Shown here: positions 60,165-64,000 of the stretch, piece after piece | How the letters are laid out: every line of letters starts with the position of its first letter | Numbering within the stretch: position 1 is the first letter of the stretch | NCBI RefSeq assembly: GCF_003334405.1 | Contig: NZ_QOWM01000003.1 | Reading direction: 5' to 3' (one strand) | DNA from: Escherichia coli | GTDB lineage: Bacteria; Pseudomonadota; Gammaproteobacteria; Enterobacterales; Enterobacteriaceae | DNA: 64,000 bases | Translations under genes and position numbers: made by a program | The notes under the pieces: model-generated | What the model saw: the letters and a program-made list of their open reading frames with translations, nothing else | Database searches by the model: none | What the model was told of the DNA's origin: nothing

Positions 60165-60946
60165 ATCCGTCGCAACATGCTGAACAGTTTCAGAGCCAGT
60201 TAGCGAACTATGTGCCACAGTTCACTCCCGAATTTTGGCCGGTGTGGTTGATCATTGCCGGAGTATTGCTGGTTGGGATGTGGTTGGTGCTGGGGCTGCA
60301 TGCCTTGCTTCGTGCTCGTGGCGTGAAGAAATCAGCCACCGATCATGGTGAGAAGATTTATCTTTACAGCAAAGCGGTCAGATTATGGCACTGGTCGAAT
60401 GCGTTACTCTTTGTATTGTTGCTGGCCAGTGGGCTGATAAATCACTTTGCGATGGTGGGCGCAACTGCGGTTAAAAGTCTGGTTGCGGTGCATGAAGTTT
60501 GCGGATTTTTGTTACTGGCATGCTGGCTCGGCTTTGTGCTGATCAATGCCGTTGGGGATAATGGTCACCACTATCGCATTCGTCGTCAGGGGTGGCTGGA
60601 ACGAGCGGCAAAACAAACGCGATTTTATTTGTTTGGCATTATGCAGGGGGAAGAACATCCTTTCCCGGCAACAACCCAGTCTAAATTTAATCCCTTACAG
60701 CAGGTCGCCTATGTTGGTGTCATGTATGGATTGCTGCCGTTGTTACTATTGACGGGGCTGCTGTGTCTCTATCCGCAAGCCGTGGGAGATGTGTTTCCTG
60801 GCGTAAGATACTGGTTATTGCAGACACATTTTGCTCTGGCATTTATAAGCCTCTTTTTTATCTTCGGTCATCTTTATCTTTGCACCACGGGGCGTACGCC
60901 ACACGAAACCTTTAAAAGCATGGTCGATGGCTATCACCGGCACTAA
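60161..60946 (+). CDS. ydhU: Membrane cytochrome b-type subunit (PhsC-like)
   Basis: ORF track 261 aa with several TM segments carrying conserved His. ATGA overlap with ydhX. Confidence 0.9.
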   Translation: MNPSQHAEQFQSQLANYVPQFTPEFWPVWLIIAGVLLVGMWLVLGLHALLRARGVKKSATDHGEKIYLYSKAVRLWHWSNALLFVLLLASGLINHFAMVGATAVKSLVAVHEVCGFLLLACWLGFVLINAVGDNGHHYRIRRQGWLERAAKQTRFYLFGIMQGEEHPFPATTQSKFNPLQQVAYVGVMYGLLPLLLLTGLLCLYPQAVGDVFPGVRYWLLQTHFALAFISLFFIFGHLYLCTTGRTPHETFKSMVDGYHRH

Positions 60947-60949
60947 CGA

Positions 60950-61762
60950 ATGATCATTACACAAGCAGACCTGCGAGAATGGCGTATCGGAGCGGTGATG
61001 TATCGCTGGTTCCTGCGCCATTTCCCACGCGGCGGTAGTTATGCCGATATTCATCATGCACTGATTGAGGAAGGATATACGGACTGGGCGGAGAGTCTGG
61101 TTGAGTATGCGTGGAAAAAATGGCTGGCGGATGAAAACTTCGCGCATCAGGAAGTTTCCTCTATGCAAAAACTGGCCACAGACCCCGGAGAGAGACCATT
61201 TTGCAGTCAGTTTGCCCGCAGCGACGATCATGCTCGCATCGGCTGTTGTGAGGATAACGCCAGAATCGCAACCGCTGGGTATGCCGCGCAAATTGCCAGT
61301 ATGGGTTATAGCGTGCGGATTGGAAGTGTCGGCTTTAACAGTCACATTGGCAGCTCCGGTGAACGCGCACGGGTTGCTGTAACCGGTAATTCTTCGCGGA
61401 TAAGCAGCGCTGGAGATAGCAGTCGGATTGCGAATACCGGAATGCGAGTACGCGTTTGTACATTGGGTGAACGGTGTCATGTCGCCAGTAATGGTGACCT
61501 GGTGCAAATCGCCAGCTTTGGCGCAAACGCCAGAATTGCCAACAGCGGCGACAATGTACACATCATTGCCAGCGGTGAAAATTCAACGGTAGTGAGCACG
61601 GGCGTGGTCGACTCAATTATTCTCGGGCCAGGAGGAAGCGCCGCACTGGCATATCATGACGGCGAAAGAGTTCGCTTCGCCGTCGCCATTGAAGGTGAAA
61701 ACAATATTCGAGCCGGAGTCCGCTATCGTCTTAATGAACAGCATCAGTTTGTTGAGTGCTGA
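60950..61762 (+). CDS. ydhT: Repeat protein of unknown function YdhT
   Basis: ORF track 270 aa. Residues 93-227 are 15 tandem nonapeptide repeats (see findings). Confidence 0.9.
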   Translation: MIITQADLREWRIGAVMYRWFLRHFPRGGSYADIHHALIEEGYTDWAESLVEYAWKKWLADENFAHQEVSSMQKLATDPGERPFCSQFARSDDHARIGCCEDNARIATAGYAAQIASMGYSVRIGSVGFNSHIGSSGERARVAVTGNSSRISSAGDSSRIANTGMRVRVCTLGERCHVASNGDLVQIASFGANARIANSGDNVHIIASGENSTVVSTGVVDSIILGPGGSAALAYHDGERVRFAVAIEGENNIRAGVRYRLNEQHQFVEC

Positions 61763-61773
61763 TAGCTTTACCT

Positions 61774-63378
61774 TTAATCAAACGAAAGACGCCGACGAGC
61801 ACGGGATGCAGGCTTTACGACCGCCCGAGCCATCGCCTCACCAATTTCTGCACATGCCGTAAGTCCCTGAACGAAAGGCTGGTCGTGCATCAACCAGGGC
61901 AACGCGCCGAACGCTACGCGCCCACGAATATCTTCGGGTTGCTGTAACGTATAATCTTCGCCAACATCAGGGATTTCATCCCCTGTTTTCTGTAATTGCT
62001 CGCGTAGCCCAGGGAAAGGGATATCTTTCACTTTAAGCGGACGTTGTCCGCGGGCATCAATAAAAACGTCAAACGAGTAGCTGTTGTCTTCCGTTTTCAG
62101 GACGGTGCGCGACTCATTAATTTCCATTTTGTAGTCTTCACCGAGGGCGAGAATATGAATGATTCCCGCTTCACGTAAGGCAAGTAGGCGACGAATAGAC
62201 TCTGAAGGGATTGCCGCATAATTATCGATGAAAACCCGGGCAAGGCCTTTACTGAACCGTTTATGGTCGTGTTCATTCAGATGTGGAACAATTTCCTGTA
62301 CGGCTTCATGCAGGCGCAGAATGACATAACGCCAGGGAACAGTATGTTTTTCTCGTTTATTGCGTTCGACTTCCTGGAGATTTTTTTCTGCCCAGTCAAA
62401 TGGGTCGCGTTGTTTGCGCTCGGCAAACCAGGCTTGAGCAAAGGAATCGACATTCAGGCTCTCTAAGGCTATGCGTTGACTCCAGTCTGGATCAGCAAAC
62501 TTGATTTCCTCTACTATCAATCTAAATACCCGATCCAAAAGGCCCTCTTCGCCTTTTTGAATCTCAGCATTTAATGCCTGATCGGTGACGATGTGTAAGG
62601 GCTCGTAGGGAATAGGGCAATAGAAATCGGCTTCGGGTAAAATACCCGTGCGCGACAACAACGTGATATTTAGCTTTTCACTTGCGTTATCGCGGTGAAA
62701 AACGACGTGTTGTTTATCATCTTCAATGAACGAACCATGCTGAATAGCCACTGCCATTGCCGCATCCAGTCCGCTCAAGGATGTTCCCATAATACCCACG
62801 TTACACGCATCGACCTTTGCTTCCATCAGGCCTGACCACGGGCTGGGAAAATACGTTCGGGTTGCTTCTTCTTCATCAGGCCAGACGTGACCCGTGGCGA
62901 TCACCGCTAAATCAAACGTCTCGCTGGGTAAATCCTGATTTGTAGCGAGCATGACGCCAGCATTTGTAATTTGCAGATCGGTAACCTGGCATGATTCATA
63001 AACAGCCACTGCAAATTTTTGCTGTCGTGCCTGGTCTACTAGTCGTAAAAATTGATCGCGGAAATATTCGCCCAGCAGAATTCGCGGTAAAAACTGACGA
63101 TCGTGCAAGGTTTCTTTTTTAACGCCATAACGCTGGAGATGGCTGTCTTCTTGCTTTTGTAGCCATTCGAGATACGTACAATAAATCGGCGGTATTTCAA
63201 TACTGGCAATATTTGCCAGCATCATTTTTGAGTTTTCCTCATCACTGTATGGCATCCCGACACCGGCCTCGTCAGCCTGCTCGAAGATAGAAATAGAAAG
63301 TGGAGTTTGTTGCTGTAGAAGCGAGAATAAGGTGTAGATCCCCGTAGGCCCGGCACCCACAATAGCAATTTTTTTCAT
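61774..63378 (-). CDS. ydhS: FAD/NAD(P)-binding protein of unknown function
   Basis: ORF track 534 aa with N-terminal Rossmann KIAIVGAGPTG. Confidence 0.92.
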   Translation of the reverse strand: MKKIAIVGAGPTGIYTLFSLLQQQTPLSISIFEQADEAGVGMPYSDEENSKMMLANIASIEIPPIYCTYLEWLQKQEDSHLQRYGVKKETLHDRQFLPRILLGEYFRDQFLRLVDQARQQKFAVAVYESCQVTDLQITNAGVMLATNQDLPSETFDLAVIATGHVWPDEEEATRTYFPSPWSGLMEAKVDACNVGIMGTSLSGLDAAMAVAIQHGSFIEDDKQHVVFHRDNASEKLNITLLSRTGILPEADFYCPIPYEPLHIVTDQALNAEIQKGEEGLLDRVFRLIVEEIKFADPDWSQRIALESLNVDSFAQAWFAERKQRDPFDWAEKNLQEVERNKREKHTVPWRYVILRLHEAVQEIVPHLNEHDHKRFSKGLARVFIDNYAAIPSESIRRLLALREAGIIHILALGEDYKMEINESRTVLKTEDNSYSFDVFIDARGQRPLKVKDIPFPGLREQLQKTGDEIPDVGEDYTLQQPEDIRGRVAFGALPWLMHDQPFVQGLTACAEIGEAMARAVVKPASRARRRLSFD

Positions 63379-63467
63379 TGTTACTTACCTGTACGCATTC
63401 TTTCGAATTTAGTGTTATCAGATAAGTTTGGTTGAGATTTTTAGAATTTGAGAAATTTCAGACAGGG

Positions 63468-63491
63468 ATGAAAAGGGCGCTAACCGCCCTT
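63468..63491 (-). terminator. Intrinsic terminator after ydhR
   Basis: The - strand reads AAGGGCG GTTAG CGCCCTT followed by TTCATCC. Confidence 0.65.
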
Positions 63492-63503
63492 GATTAAATT
63501 CTG

Positions 63504-63809
63504 TCAGGCGAGTTTTGCCTGATTGATTTGACTAAGTGGCTCATTGACATCGAAAACTTTGGCGACAACTTCCTCAACGCCGAGATTTTTCAGTCGGGCA
63601 GTATGTTTTTCCAGATAGGCAAGGGCGCTTTTTTCATCAGTGAAAAGGTAGATCCCACCGGCTTCGTGGTTCTTTTCACTTTCTGTCCATACCTTCCACA
63701 GAAAACCAGGTTCCTGATTAATCGACTCAGCAAGTGGTTTAAGCTGCTCAGCCATTGCGTCGCCAAATGGGCCATTAAAAGCAAAATGAAGTTGTAACAA
63801 AGTTGCCAT
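63504..63809 (-). CDS. ydhR: Small dimeric alpha+beta-barrel (ABM/monooxygenase-like) protein
   Basis: ORF track 101 aa ([27 protein letters not shown]...). Matches recalled YdhR. Confidence 0.9.
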
Positions 63810-63884
63810 AGCGATTCTCCTTCTGATAACGCATACGAAGACAGTGTAAATCTTTTAACGTATTGGATACAGAGAAGAAACAGA

Positions 63885-63919
63885 GGGAAAAAGGAGAAGA
63901 CCAGATTAAGAAAATCTGG
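63885..63919 (-). terminator. Terminator after tRNA-Val
   Basis: The - strand reads CCAGATT TTCTT AATCTGG followed by TCTTCTCCTTTTT. The stem starts in the tRNA 3' CCA. Confidence 0.6.
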
Positions 63920-63993
63920 TGCGTCCGAGTGGACTCGAACCACCGACCCCCACCATGTCAAGGTGGTGCTCTAACCAACTGAGCTACGGACGC
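63917..63993 (-). tRNA. valW: tRNA-Val (anticodon GAC)
   Basis: The - strand reads GCGTCCGTAGCTCAGTTGGTTAGAGCACCACCTTGACATGGTGGGGGTCGGTGGTTCGAGTCCACTCGGACGCACCA. That is 77 nt with a cloverleaf, a T-loop GGTTCGAGTCC, the GAC anticodon in CTTGACATG, and an encoded CCA. The last 3 nt of the window (tgg) would be the CCA end of the upstream valV. Confidence 0.95.
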
Positions 63994-64000
63994 AGGATGG

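Noticed and set aside
60815-61561. 248-aa - strand ORF antisense to ydhU and ydhT
   Set aside because: It is codon-aligned with ydhT and lies over its nonapeptide-repeat region, where the limited codon repertoire removes antisense stops. There is no SD and no motif.
63998-64000. Last 3 nt (tgg), probably the CCA end of the neighbouring tRNA-Val gene (valV)
   Set aside because: Three bases are too short to support calling a feature.

Overview
The window looks like ordinary enterobacterial core chromosome. Gene order and every protein I recognise match my memory of Escherichia coli K-12, read on the reverse strand. The order runs ydjM' - hxpB(yniC) - yniB - yniA - ydiZ - pfkB - ydiY - yniD - arpB(pseudogene) - thrS-infC-rpmI-rplT - pheMST - ihfA - btuCED - nlpC - ydiV - selO - hemP(ydiE) - aroH - ppsR - ppsA - fadK-ydiTSRQ - ydiP - ydiO-ydiF - aroD-ydiB-ydiN - ydiM - ydiL - rprA - ydiK - ydiJ-menI-ydiH - rydB - sufABCDSE - ldtE - lpp - pykF - fumD(ydhZ) - ydhYVWXUT - ydhS - ydhR - valW. 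I could not run an alignment, so point differences from K-12 would be invisible to me. I see no IS element, integrase, prophage gene, CRISPR array, or recognisable toxin-antitoxin or defence module. The only repeat element I recognise is one ERIC/IRU copy, and the only compositionally foreign-looking stretch is the AT-rich arpB islet. I therefore do not claim a brand-new system. The observations most worth a second look are: (1) A 9-bp motif AAT(C/A)TTGCA occurs three times, with identical 73/21-bp spacing, in two promoter regions 7.1 kb apart (ydiQ/ydiP and ydiN), next to the uncharacterised AraC-family gene ydiP. (2) ydhYVWXUT is an orphan FNR-boxed oxidoreductase operon. YdhT contains 15 tandem nonapeptide repeats, and YdhY has a degenerate Tat motif plus a lipobox. 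(3) The ydiF-ydiO / ydiQRST-fadK acyl-CoA redox module has no known physiological substrate. (4) Unannotated upstream ORFs are stop/start-coupled to ydiV and ydhY. (5) A strong intrinsic terminator between pfkB and ydiZ points the wrong way. Coordinates of CDS include the stop codon.
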